Assembly (NCBI GenBank): GCA_002189035.1
Contig: CM007989.1
Location: forward strand, 7,936,001 to 8,000,000
Direction: 5' to 3'
From: Utricularia gibba
Taxonomy: Eukaryota > Plantae > Magnoliophyta
Length of the DNA: 64,000 bases
Shown in pieces: positions 11,045-22,916 of the stretch. Both the position numbers and the translations under genes were made by a program. Under the pieces are notes generated by a model that saw nothing but the letters and a program-made list of their open reading frames with translations, did no database searches and was not told the origin of the DNA. Position 1 is the stretch's first letter; the number at the start of each line of letters is the position of its first letter.

Positions 11045-13507
11045 TTACAGTGGCCGGTGAGGCCAGATGCACAAGGGTGCCTCCATGGGCGCGTCCCAGA
11101 GGTGATGGATGGAGTCCCGGTGGCGGAACGGGGCGGCCGGGGAGTCGTCGGAAGCATGCTGGATGGTGACCGGCAAATTGGTTCTGTGAGCAGAAGGGGC
11201 CGGTGCGTCGGGGGCGCCATCTCCTCCGCTTCAATGGAGATTCGCATGCGCTTTGCGGATCCACCGAGGGGCAGAGAGCGTCTGGCGATGGCATCCACAT
11301 CGTACCTGCTCATCTCGAAGTTGGTCACCGCGTTCTCCCCTCTGAACTTGATCGCTGCGATGTCGTACGCCTCTGCTGCTTCCTCTTCGGTTGCTGCATA
11401 AGCAGGAGAGTCAAAAGTACACGGATTTGAGCTGCTATTTGTTGCTTCATTTGCTTACAAAAGGTTCCCAAGTAGAGATCCTTGTTTCCAGCAACCCTGC
11501 CGATCCTCGCCTGCCATCTTCCTTGCTGATGATGCCTATTGCAGACAGCAAATCCGATGCCATTCAGTCAGGAGGCACAGATCAGGCCACGCATCATCAG
11601 AAAATTCAACTACAAACCTCGTGACTCCTCTATAAATCGACGCGCCCCGTGAAAAACCACTACTTTGCCTGAAGATTTCATGTGGAAACAAACTGATCAA
11701 CATCTTAACTGAAGATGCTTCAGATGGAGAGGAGTATGACAGGCAAACCTCCGAAGCGATGCTATGAATTCTTGCTTAGTTACATGCTTCATCTCCTCAA
11801 CTTCCACAGCATAGCAGGACACCTGCTAACCGGATTCACAGACTAAGTACAGGAGAAGGCAGCATTGTGCTGCTCGAACAGGGAAAACGAAAGGATTACA
11901 GGGAAATTTGTAGTTGCTGAAGAACCCCAGTACTTGAGTGAAGCCAAATCGTATGCTCTGGCTGCCTTCTCTTCCTTGTCATAACCACCTACACAGGTGG
12001 CCAAGAAACATGAGCACGTTAGTTCTCTAAAGCGCAATCAGGGCTTGCAATGTTGAGGATCACTTGCCTAGATAAACTGCGGAGCACCATGTTTTGGCAG
12101 CCAGAGTGTTCGTTCATGCACAAAAATAGCAACTAATAAAATGGTGATAAAAATATGAACTTTGAATGTGGGCTGGCAAAATAACTTGCTGATGCGAGAT
12201 GGGCATGGAGGAAAAGCAACGAGCTAAGCAATTTTTCTGATCACATACAGAGTTTCAGACACTATTTCGCAGACTGATGTAAAAGCCAGCCAGGGATGTC
12301 ACTGTGTATACATTAAATAGTCAAAGAACTTGAGTGAATGAATTAAAAGTAGCCCATCTCTAAATGAGGATTATTGTCTTAATCCAAGGTTAAAAGAACG
12401 AGAGTAGATGGCTTAGTGAAGAAAGTGGCCACAATGGCGGCCAAGATGATCAAATCATAAGAGAAAGATTGACAGATATTCCGAATCAATCAGCCATCAC
12501 CAAAAGTCTGAAGTTTTCAGACTTCCAAATGTACAAACAAGAGGTTTAGAAAGAGTGTTTGTGTGTCTGTGGCAGGGAGAATGAAAATAAGAAGAATGTA
12601 CCTTGACGGCCCTTTCTTGCTTGACCTTCTCTTCTGCAACTGTTGTCCCACAGATGCGCTTCATATCTTCCCGTCCACCTGTGCCTGCACTTGCACCTCC
12701 ATTAACAACCGGAAAAGCTCCTAAAGTATGATGTGTAGTTCTGCCTTCACCTCCATTAACACATATGTATACCTTGTTACCCCTCTGTATCTAGAGGTTC
12801 TCTGGCCGAATGTGTCCGAAACCTTGTTGCAGCTGCTCTGGGACTCAGCTGCAACAACGGCGGACTCAGCGGGAGGCATGGCTGTCCAGCCTCTATTTCT
12901 ATTGTGATCGCTAAAAGAGCTTCCTTGAGACAAACCATTTGTGGGCTTGTTTGAAGTAATGAACTCGATGGTCCCCGACTCAACGGGAGACAGAGAAGGG
13001 GCTAACAAGGACTCCTCGTTGCAAGAGGAGAAAGCTTGAAACTCGACAAGTTTCTTCAGATCATCATTCGTGAACAAAGCTGTTGGGGCGTAGATATGCG
13101 TTAAATGTGAGCCCTGTGTCGCTGTAGTCTCGCCGCCGGCGAAGACATCTTCAAGTTTCGGCGGCGGTTGCATGTACCCTGAAGCAGGGAAGCGAAAAAA
13201 ACAGAGGAAAACAAATCCATAAACCCGAAAAAAGAAACCAAGAGTCTGGATCCTTTGTATTTTTTTTTGCAAACGTTTCCCAGGTTTTATGGGTGTTGCA
13301 GGATTTACCAGCAGTAGAGGAGTCGAAGAAAAAAGTAGTTTGCAGACAGGGCCCAGAGACAGAAAGACGGTTGCTATCATCCATTCCCATTCTCCTTCCG
13401 CATGTCTGGAAAACCCAAACATAAAACTGCAGTGAGAAGAAGCCAAGAAAACACAAGCAGCAAGAAAAAACACGCCTCACCCCATTGGCTGAAGTTGCAG
13501 AATCCAT
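11045..13507 (-). CDS. AIL6: AP2-domain AINTEGUMENTA-LIKE 6 / PLETHORA3-like transcription factor (apparent 1-bp frameshift in the last exon)
   Basis: Exons give [52 protein letters not shown] (9-nt micro-exon), [73 protein letters not shown] and LPLGGSAKR. The N-terminal exons (MDSATSANG etc.) are inferred from splice phases. Confidence 0.9.
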
Positions 13508-14043
13508 CCTCGGAACCAGAAAAAAACCAGACTCCAAAGCTTAGAGAGAGAGAGATGGTAAGATGGACGGTACCCAAAGCTTTGTTTCGGATACCCAAAA
13601 ACCAAAAATACAAAAAAGGAAGCTTATGGAGCACAGCGATGGCGTCGAGGGGAATTTTCAGAGCAGGGTGGCAGATGGAAGGATGCTACTGGGAGAGAGG
13701 GGCGGTTCCATATGCCATGCGGCTGGTTATCAATATCAACACCACCACTTCATTACATGATGACTGAACCTGCAGACAAGAGTTGTTTTGGGACTTTGCT
13801 TCTACCACTGCCTCAATTTTTTTTAGTGCGAAATCCCCTGCTAAAAGTCATTTCATGGGACAATTCTCATGGTTTCTTAAGGCTATTTTCTTTACTATTT
13901 AGTTTCATTTTCTAATGAAATAAAATTTTTTACACGTGTGGGCCTTAGAATGACTTTTTTATGGATAAGCTACACTTGCAACTTTGTCATGGATTGTTCA
14001 AAAACAAGGTTCACAGACCGATGGTGAAACTTACAAGACATGA

Positions 14044-16912
14044 TCAAGAGCTACCATTAGAATGAGTAATAGCAGCTCTCATTGCTGGGGCTTTTCTATT
14101 CTGATGAATAAAAGAGAAGAGTGAATGCTTCTGCTTCTTTGGTTTGGTCCCAAATATAAACGACCTAAGAGGAACTTTAGCCCTGCTCATTGAATGTTTC
14201 AACTGAGGTTGATCAGTAGTTATAGCGAAGTCTTCATTCATTTGGGTAACTGTCTTCTCGATCTTCAGTTGAAGTTCTCCCACCTGATCGAAGCATGACT
14301 GCAGCTCTTCCCTCACTTTATCTTGCTCTTGTTTCATATTCAAAATCTCACCATGTAACTTTGCAGCTTGATGACTTGCAAGACCCTCTTCAACACCTTC
14401 GGCCAATGTTCTGGTTATTTCCTCTTGGATGCTGCATATAGAAGAAAATCTGCGTTTCAGTTCGTCTTTGAGGGAAGCTGTGCGCTCCAACCATATCGTT
14501 AGTTCTGTTTGGATCTCTCTCAGGTGCTTGTAAATTGGCCTGGCTTCGGATTTTAGCTGGTTTGCATCACTTCCTTCTTGTTTCTTTTTCTCACCGAGCT
14601 TTGATATTTCATCCTGCAAGTCCCTTACTTCACTCTTGAATTTTTGTACCTCGTGGTATGATGTACTGAATCTCAACCAGAAATCCAGGTTCTCATCCAG
14701 TATCACATTGATATCTCCACGCAGCTTTTCCTCTACTGGTGATTTCTTTGCTGATCCATCGATATAAATCAACTTGATGTCATCTTCTCTGTAGTCATTC
14801 TTGGATTCTGCTTCCATATTTTCATCCCTTGGAGAATTGAGCAGTAGGCCACCCTCATTGTCAGTTACCTGAGCATGGTTCAGTTTTTGCTGAAGATGCT
14901 GGATTTGCCGATCCCTCTTCAAAATAGTTTCTTTGAGCTCTTTCATTTGAACCATCATATCAAAATGCATGTCCTTGTCTTTCTTCTCTGAGTCATTCAA
15001 CTTCTTCTTAACATCCTTGTAGTTCCTAAGGATGGCTGTGTATTCCTTAAGAAGAATCTTCTCTCTGTCCTCCGTTCCACTCAACAGCATCTGCTGCCAG
15101 CTTACATCGTCTACCTCTTTCACATTTTCTTCTTTTGCTTCACCATTTCCAAGCTCATTCGCATTGCTGCCTACAACAACAGTGTCCATGGGTTTTTCAT
15201 CCACAAGTGTCACAGTTTTTTTTACCTGCTGTTTGACATCGTCACTTGTACTGTTGTCTGTAATGATAGTTTCCATGGGTTTTTCATCCACAAAAGTCAC
15301 CGTTTTTTTCACTTGCTGTTTGACTTCGTGCTGTGGCTCAACTTGTACATCCACTTCTTGCACTTCTTGTGTCACAGAAGGTTCAACTTTCAGAACATTT
15401 TGAATCGTATTTGATGTGTCAACATCGTTGTTATACTTGATCCCTTCTTGCAATTCAGCCTCAGCATCTTCATCTGGTCTAACACCGCCCAGTTTCCCAG
15501 AGAGCTGATCAAGACTCGAGAGGGCCTGTGAAAAATTAGCGTGCAGGTTGTTTCCTTGGCTCTCAACGTTCTTGTTAAGATTCTGGATTCTGCTCAGTTT
15601 CTCCTCCAACTCCGTAACCCTGATGCTCAGATTTTGAGCATCCCCTATCAAATTTTCTTTTTCATCTTCAAGATTCTTTATCTGGGAATGAAGATCATCT
15701 GCTTCTGTTCTTAGAGTATCAATAAGAGCAGTCTGTGATGAAACTGCTGTTTCTAAGTTGATAACCTTAATCACCAGCTCGTCAATCTTCTCCGCCAGTT
15801 CTGTAACTGTGAGAGATTGAAACTCTGAATCTTTACCCACATTATCATTCTGAGGAATCTCATCTTCCTTGGATTGGTGTATCAGCCCACTTCCACCTTC
15901 ACTATTGTCACTCCCACTTCCCATCCGTTCATCCAATTGGTCTTTCAAATACTTGTTCTTGAGAGAGCTAAGAAGCTCCCGAGCTTGTTCTACTTTCTTG
16001 TACTCCTCCCTTGCTTCCCTTGTAGCATTCTCCTGCTTCTCCTGCAACGCAGCTAGAGTTTCCTGACAAGATTTCAAAGCAGCCTCAGCCATTAGTGTAC
16101 GAGCTTCACTGTCCTCAATCACTGTGTCAACCTCAAACTCATCTTGAAGCTTGCACACCTTGTCCTGCTTCTCCATGATCTGGTTCTCTATCTCCCAATA
16201 TTTGGCCAACCCACTTTCATACGAGCTCTTGACAAACTCTTTGATCGTCTGCAACACAAGGATCTCTTTATTAAGCTTTTCAATCTCTCCAAAAGCATCT
16301 TCCTTGCTTAAACCTAAAGCAGCTGCAGCTTTAGCACGAGGTAGAGGCTTTGGCACATTTTCCTTGGCTTTAAGCTTCCTGGAAGCTGTATGCACAAGCC
16401 CCTGAAGATTCTGAATAGGCACTTTTGGCACATTGGGGATATTCGGCCCTGGATTCACGGGTAAAATTGGAGCATTCTTGAAAGCTTTTTGAACCTCACA
16501 GTCGTCCTCTTCATCCATAGTGAACTGAACCTGTTCTGGGAAAACTGTGGCAATGGTATGGTTGGCGTTCTGTAATTCCTTAGACAACATATCATAACGG
16601 TCGGCCAGTGCCTTGAAGGAACGGTAGGATTCTTCAATGGCGTTTATGATCTCCGGCCGCCGTTTGTAGTACATCTCCGCCCTTTTTGCAAAGGAATCCC
16701 CATCTTCGTCTATCAGTTTGATTGTGCTATGCATCTTTTCTTCCATGTCTGCAAATCACCGATTGCAATGCAATGATACATTTGAATTTCGAAAACAAGT
16801 TGTGTGAAAATTAGTGACCTTGAAGGCATTGTTCCAGCCATTTAGATTGTTTGGTTCTGATATGGCTAGCCCACCACCATGAACACGCATTGCTTGCAGC
16901 TCTCTGCAGCAT
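14044..16912 (-). CDS. NET2: NETWORKED 2 (KIP1-like/NAB-domain actin-binding coiled-coil protein)
   Basis: Exon 1 (16912-16819) encodes MLQRAASNACSWWWASHIRTKQSKWLEQ. Exon 2 (16748-14044) encodes DMEEK...DSFAKRAEMYYKRRPE and a long coiled coil, ENLDFWLRFST, and RSKVPL-like SRAKVPLRSFIFGTKPKKQK. Confidence 0.93.
15186..15325. repeat. 87-bp (29-aa) tandem duplication inside the NET2 CDS
   Basis: ccatgggtttttcatccacaa...tgctgtttgac starts at 15186 and 15273; the protein has VKQQVKKTVT(F/L)VDEKPM twice. Confidence 0.9.
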
Positions 16913-18594
16913 TTTCTATCGTCTTCTCCTCTCGCCCTCCTTCAATGCATCAAGAATGAGTAGTTACTAGCAGAAGAAATCGCAACTTGGCTAAACATGG
17001 CGTCGATCAGGTAACAGACGGAGAAAGAATTTTTTTTACACGAGAATGGAAATGGCGACACCATTCTTCAGGAGAGCGTCGTTGAATCATTGGTTTGTGA
17101 GGATTCTTCGGATCAAAATAACTGAAGAACCAGCCATCTCCCCTCGTTCAACAACCCATTTTTAGGCTTCTTTTTCCGATCTTGATACATCGCCTGCCAA
17201 TAAGACGCGGAAAGAGCCGCATTCCTACAGCGCCACGTCTGTAGAAGCTGTCGGCAACTTCCACACTCCCAGCAACGCGGGAGCAGAGCACGGCACCCGT
17301 AACCTCCTCCGTTCCGCAACCCCATTCCGTCAGCTGATACCTGGAAACCTGTAGAGTTCATGAGATCTGATACTGCCCTTTGTTGGACTCCTGGGAGGAA
17401 AACGTTCTTCTCGATTTCGATTGAAGGGCTTTCAATCGTCGCTCAACGGTCAGTGTACGGAGTTCTCCGTTTCCACTCTTTGTTTAAGAAATCGCAGCGG
17501 CGGCAAACGGCTACGGTTACGGACTTCTCCGGGAAACTCTTTACCTACCCGTCAATGTTTAGTGGGCCGGCTTCCTATTGGGCTATCATTTTATCTCTTT
17601 TCAGGAAGCCCATAGTCCAAATCTCATCGAACTCATCATTTAAATTATAGCTCAATTTTTTTTTATACAACCCCAAAAAAATAATAAAAAACGGCCAATT
17701 TCTTGCCAAAAAAAAAAAATCAGAAATAGCAAACGGATTCATATTTTTTAAAAAAACAAGGTTTAAATGTCACAAATCACATTATACTTTCACAATATTA
17801 TTCATTTTGAATACTTATTTTCTATATTTAAATTAAAGTTTGGTTTGAAATTGTCTACAACATAACGTTCTGAATCGAGTTCCAAACTCATCACGTAGAA
17901 CCACACTATCTTGACCTGAAGATGCTGTGTGGTTTCTTGAACATTTGAGTATTATAAAATAACAAAAAAATTTCAAAATTTTTTATAGGATCCGGTACAC
18001 CACTCCTGATATATTCAAACCTAAGATGATGTGTGGTTTCTTGATTCTGGAATAATATCCATCAAATATTGATAATTCACACTGAAATGATATCAATAAA
18101 AAATTTAGAAGTATTTTTTTTTATTTTAATTAGATGGAGAGATTTAAATATTTTTTAAATTATCATTCATCCTAGAATTTTGTTCACATTTAATTTTGAA
18201 ATTAGTATAAAGTTCGGAGGATTCTTTCATTCATTATGAAATATTATAAAAATGTATTAAAAATTTCAAATTGATGTAACCAGTCAACCAAAATATTTTT
18301 AACCCTAAAATAAAATAGTATACCACTTGAATAAAAATATTGTTTTTGATTAAAGAATTAGTATAATAAGAAAAAAGAGAGACAAAGAGTTGGGTGATGT
18401 CAAAGAAGGAACACAAAACAAGAGCAATCATGATCCAGAAGATTGAACACAAAGCAGGAAGTTCACATGGTCTTCTCCTCTTTCCCTCATGAACCAGACT
18501 GCAAGCGCCTGTTAGAACGAAGGCATCAACTTGAATCACATTAATGGAGAGGAGCAAACGCGAACTGAGGATGCCAATGGCTGCTAACCTGAGT

Positions 18595-20123
18595 TTAAGG
18601 GAGGGAGTCGGTATCTGAGGTATCGTGATCCTGGGGAGGGCCGCCATTGGAGCTGCAGCTCACAGACTCCGACCACTGGCCTTCGTCGGAGATCATGGCC
18701 GTCAACTCCGCGCCTCCCATGTCGTTTCCATGGCTCGACATATCCGCCACCTTGCGTTAAAAGTAGATGCATGATCATAAGATAAAGAGAGTTTGGATCA
18801 TTGCGTTTCTGTGAATGTACCAGTTGGTTCAGCCTTTGGTTCTCCTCCATGAGTTGCTTTCCCTGAGAGGGAAGTGAGAGAGCTTGGTTATCAAGAAGGA
18901 AATCAGAGAGGAAGCGTTTATGCATACAGACAGACCTTTTCTTGCAACCGCTTGATCTCGCTCGTGATTTTCTCCTCCTAGTTCAAAGGACAATGAGTAG
19001 AATAAGCTGTGAAAGAAGCAACATTTCATGCAACTCCCGGTATGGTAGCTTATTGAAACTAGGCACACTGACCTTCTTCTGAGTGACACGCTTTAATCCG
19101 GCTTGGATTGAAGTCTCGAGTCGCTGCAGCTCCTGAATGTTTAATCCTTGTAGCTCCTCTCCTCTTATCAGCCTGAATGACAGTTCATTGATCCCTTCAA
19201 AGGCTCACACACATGCAAACAGGTATGTATCTGTGTACCTGATGCCATGGCTTTTGTCAGCCAGTTCTCTGGTTAGTCTGGAGGAGCTGGAGCCCTCAGC
19301 TAACTGAAAATCAGATATCTCATTTAACTCATAACTTGGGAAGCAATGAAAATGTCTGCAAAAACGAGAGCAGAACCTGCGAAGGTTGCCCATTGGGACT
19401 TAGGTTCTGGAAATGCAAATCACGCCTTTCCAGTATCTCCTTCATGCTGCAGCAAAACACTAAACATCATCATTTAAGCCAGGAAGCAGCTTAATGTTTT
19501 AAACGAAGGGACGCTCTTGTATCTGATATCATAGAGTGGATATGTCGATGAACAGATACAAGAGAACATAATCTTAAAATTCCCGAGAAAACCCACTTTC
19601 AGTTTTTTATAGCGTCTTCGGGAGTGTGAGACATCAGCTTCAATACAAACAAAGGAAAACAAGAACTAATGATACATTACAAAGATTAGATCTGGATCAG
19701 GTGGAGAAGATCAGTGACATTGTCAGAAACCAAGGACATTAAAAAACAAACAAATTCTGCTTCATCCAATAAACATCGAGAAAACGATCACCCCATCCAG
19801 TACATGGATTCATTAATTATTGTATAAATAAACAAAAGAAAACTCATGGATCTCTGCTCCTACACCAAGGAAAGCTGCCATCTTGAATTTTCAGCCCGTC
19901 AGAGAAAACAAACAAAGGCATTACTTAAAAGGGTACGAGACCTGGAGCTGGCGTGTTCATACAGTTTGCCGGAATCGGAGAATACAATTACACCAACATC
20001 AGAATCACACAGAAGCGCAAGCTCATCGGCCTTCCTGAAGAGCCCTCTTCTTCTCTTGGAGAAAGTCACTTGCCCCTCAGCTGTGCTGTCGATTTTCTTG
20101 ATCGGAATCCTTTCTCTCGCCAT
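18595..20123 (-). CDS. SVP: MIKC MADS-box protein, SVP/StMADS11 clade, divergent
   Basis: MADS exon [12 protein letters not shown]...[12 protein letters not shown]; I-region SMKEILER; K-box exons [42 protein letters not shown] (100 nt) and two 42-nt exons; C-terminal EGQWSESV...[12 protein letters not shown]. The stop at 18595-18597 falls before SLKL. Confidence 0.88.
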
Positions 20124-22155
20124 AGGGATGTGTCCTTTTTTCCAAAAGGGTTTCGAACTAAACGCAGGAGAGAAATCAAAATGGCATTAGTTACCCGTTT
20201 TTGAAGTGGATCACACAGATAAAACAAACTAAAGGGCAGGAAGGAAATGGAGTGACGGGCATACACCACTCAGATCCCGATGAACACAAGAAGAGGAAGC
20301 ACCAAAAATGAAAGATAACAAGAACACGTCCAGAAAAACAAGAAAATAACCCAGAAACAAGAGGTGAAGAGGAGGAAGAATGCTTCTCAATTTTCTCCAC
20401 TATATGGAATTCTATGGTTGTGTTTCCATCTTGTTCATTGGCCTCGTCTTTTGCCCTTTGAGAGAGGGAAGGGACGCTACTGCAGCTCTTAGGAGTTGGG
20501 GCTCGCATCGAATATCCGTACACGTGTCTTTGTGCAAAATAACACACACTAGTTCAATTTTCCTTTTCCTTTTTTTTTACGACAATTATAAAGATTTATC
20601 TCAATTTTCTTTTTTAATTCAGATTCTTGGATTATATGATTCAAAATAAGAATCATATTGCAATATATTTGAAAATTTAAATAAAACCTGCAATTACTAT
20701 ATTTTTAAATTAAATACTATATAATAATTAATCTATAAAATTACGTTAATAGTCACTGCTATTTACCTAAATAGCATAATTGTTCACCCTAAACAGTATT
20801 TTAATCCATAACATTTCAAAACCATTAATAATTGGTTTCCTCTGTTAAAAACCAGAAAAAAAATAGCCCTCTCTATTTATACGAATGATAAAACCAATAC
20901 CCAATTTAAAACCCTAATTTTTTTCCCAATTGAAATTTACTATTTTTGATCAATATACGGCGACGATCAGAGAAAATTGGTATCAATTTTATCAAATTAT
21001 TAAATAATAGGAATCAAATATATCTGGTTTTTAAATATTGATGACTAATTATAAATGATATTCTAACAGTATGTATAAAAATGATTGAACTAAAAGATTA
21101 TAAATTAAATATATTCGGTATGTCTAAAGTTGAGGACGAAGTATACCCGGTACATCAAAATTTGAGGATTAAATGTACCAAAGTGATTAATTATGTTATT
21201 TTTATTAAATATTAGAGACTAATCGAAATAATTTTAAAAACTTTAGGAATTTTTTTCATGCCCATAATTAATCTTTTTTCCCCTTTATCTAAACTCAAAT
21301 AAGTTAAAGCTTTTTTATTATAAGCTCACCGACTAAATAAATTAAATTTATTTTTTTAAATTCATTACGTAATAAATATACATTATTTTTTATTATATTA
21401 AATGATTTGAAAATACTCATAAATGTACAGTGAGCAGCCCAGCTGTCCAGCTCGTGTTAGCCCATGGGCCAACCCAGATTACAAGTGGACCATGGCCCAC
21501 ACGGGTGTTGGTCGGCCCGTGGGCCGTATTGACAGGTAGCTACCGTCTCCACCTTCACGGGGGTACTATTACCAGGTGCCCGCGGAACCGCGCATATTTT
21601 GTGAAGGAATATCGATTTTTTTTTTTTTTTTTTTTTTTTTGAGGAGCTAGAATCCGATTTTTAGGACGGATGCTTTTGCGGTTGAAAAGATGGCTTTGGT
21701 TCTTCTGTGATTGTGTTTCTGTTGACAAGGGAAGAAGTGTTTTCCACGGGCTGGACTCTGGTTCGTTTCTGAACACCTTTGTTTTTTTAAGTTTTCGCGA
21801 TCTTTGGAGATACATTCGTGTTGGGTGGAGGGCAATTTGCTGGATTTGATGATCTTGTGTTCGTTGTGGCAAGAGGGAAACGAAAAGGAATTAAATTTAA
21901 GTTTTGGAAGTTTCCCTGAAACATCTTCAAGCCCTAATAAGTTATGCTGTTACTCCCCTGTTTCCTTCAAGACTGCATTTTTTGGATATTAAATGAGTTC
22001 TTCAATTGCGTTAATCTATTCTATTACATGCATTGGTATTGAATGATAGGATTTTGAAAAGCAATTGAAGCTCTGCTACTCTCTGATGACGGTGAAATTA
22101 TCTGTGGTTATATATATCTACTTGCTTGCAGGAACTTGGACAAAGTTTGATTGCT

Positions 22156-22916
22156 ATGGAAAAAGAAAACTTGGTCAACCCAAGTTTGCTGTGTGAAGAT
22201 AGGTGGCCATTATGGAGATACGTGAAGCACCATGGGAGGCCTAGTGGAACCTCAGGGAATGCATCTTGGACATGCAGCTTCTGTGACAGAAAGTTTAAGG
22301 GCTCATATTCTAGAGTGAGGGCTCATCTGTTGAAGGATACGAGAAAAGGCATAGCTATCTGCCAAAGTGTGTGTCGCCAGAATATTACAGAAATGTTAAG
22401 GCTGGAAGAAGAGGCAAGCAAGAGACGAGGCCATCATGTTAACTTTGTTTATAGCCAGTCTTCCATTTGTTGCAAGTCTACATCTGCAGAAACGTTAGAG
22501 TCCACTCATGCTGAATGTGACACTGCACAAGGAGGCAAGAAAAACAAATCAGGAGGTCAACGAACCTTAGATGATGCACAGAGAATAAAAGAGCTCGATA
22601 GCGAGATTGCCAACATGTTTTACTCAGCTGGACTTCCAACTAATCTTGCCCAAAATCCTCACTTTGTAAAGGCGTTCTCTCTAGCTGCTTCTCTCGGGAT
22701 ATCAGGTATCTAATTCTTGGCCAAATCAAGTTTGATCGTATGTTAATGTTCTCATGTTGGAACTGCATTTATAAATTGTTGTCCTGATTAGGATACAAGC
22801 CTCCATCCTACGATTCCCTAAGAACAAAACTGTTGGAGAAAGAGGAGAAGAACAGGGACTCAGCAGGAGATGGAACAACTGATGAATGTGCAAGCAAACT
22901 TTCATCTTCCCCTGAG
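22156..22916 (+). CDS. BED zinc-finger protein derived from the N-terminal half of a hAT (DUF659-type) transposase; 3' end uncertain
   Basis: PLWRYV...WTCSFCDRKFKGSYSRVRAHLL...GIAIC BED finger, EIANMFYSAGLPTNLAQNPHF, then after an 86-nt GT-AG intron (22706-22791) GYKPPSYDSLRTKLLEKE. No catalytic domain follows. Confidence 0.75.

Noticed and set aside
15032-16405. Ser/Thr/Phe-rich plus-strand ORFs
   Set aside because: Antisense to the Glu/Lys-rich NET2 coiled coil; compositional artefacts.
17113-17650. ORFs upstream of NET2
   Set aside because: Better explained as NET2 leader exon/intron and promoter; no protein similarity.
20780-21200. Possible Mutator-like MITE in the AT-rich spacer
   Set aside because: Only short scattered inverted matches; no defined termini or TSD.
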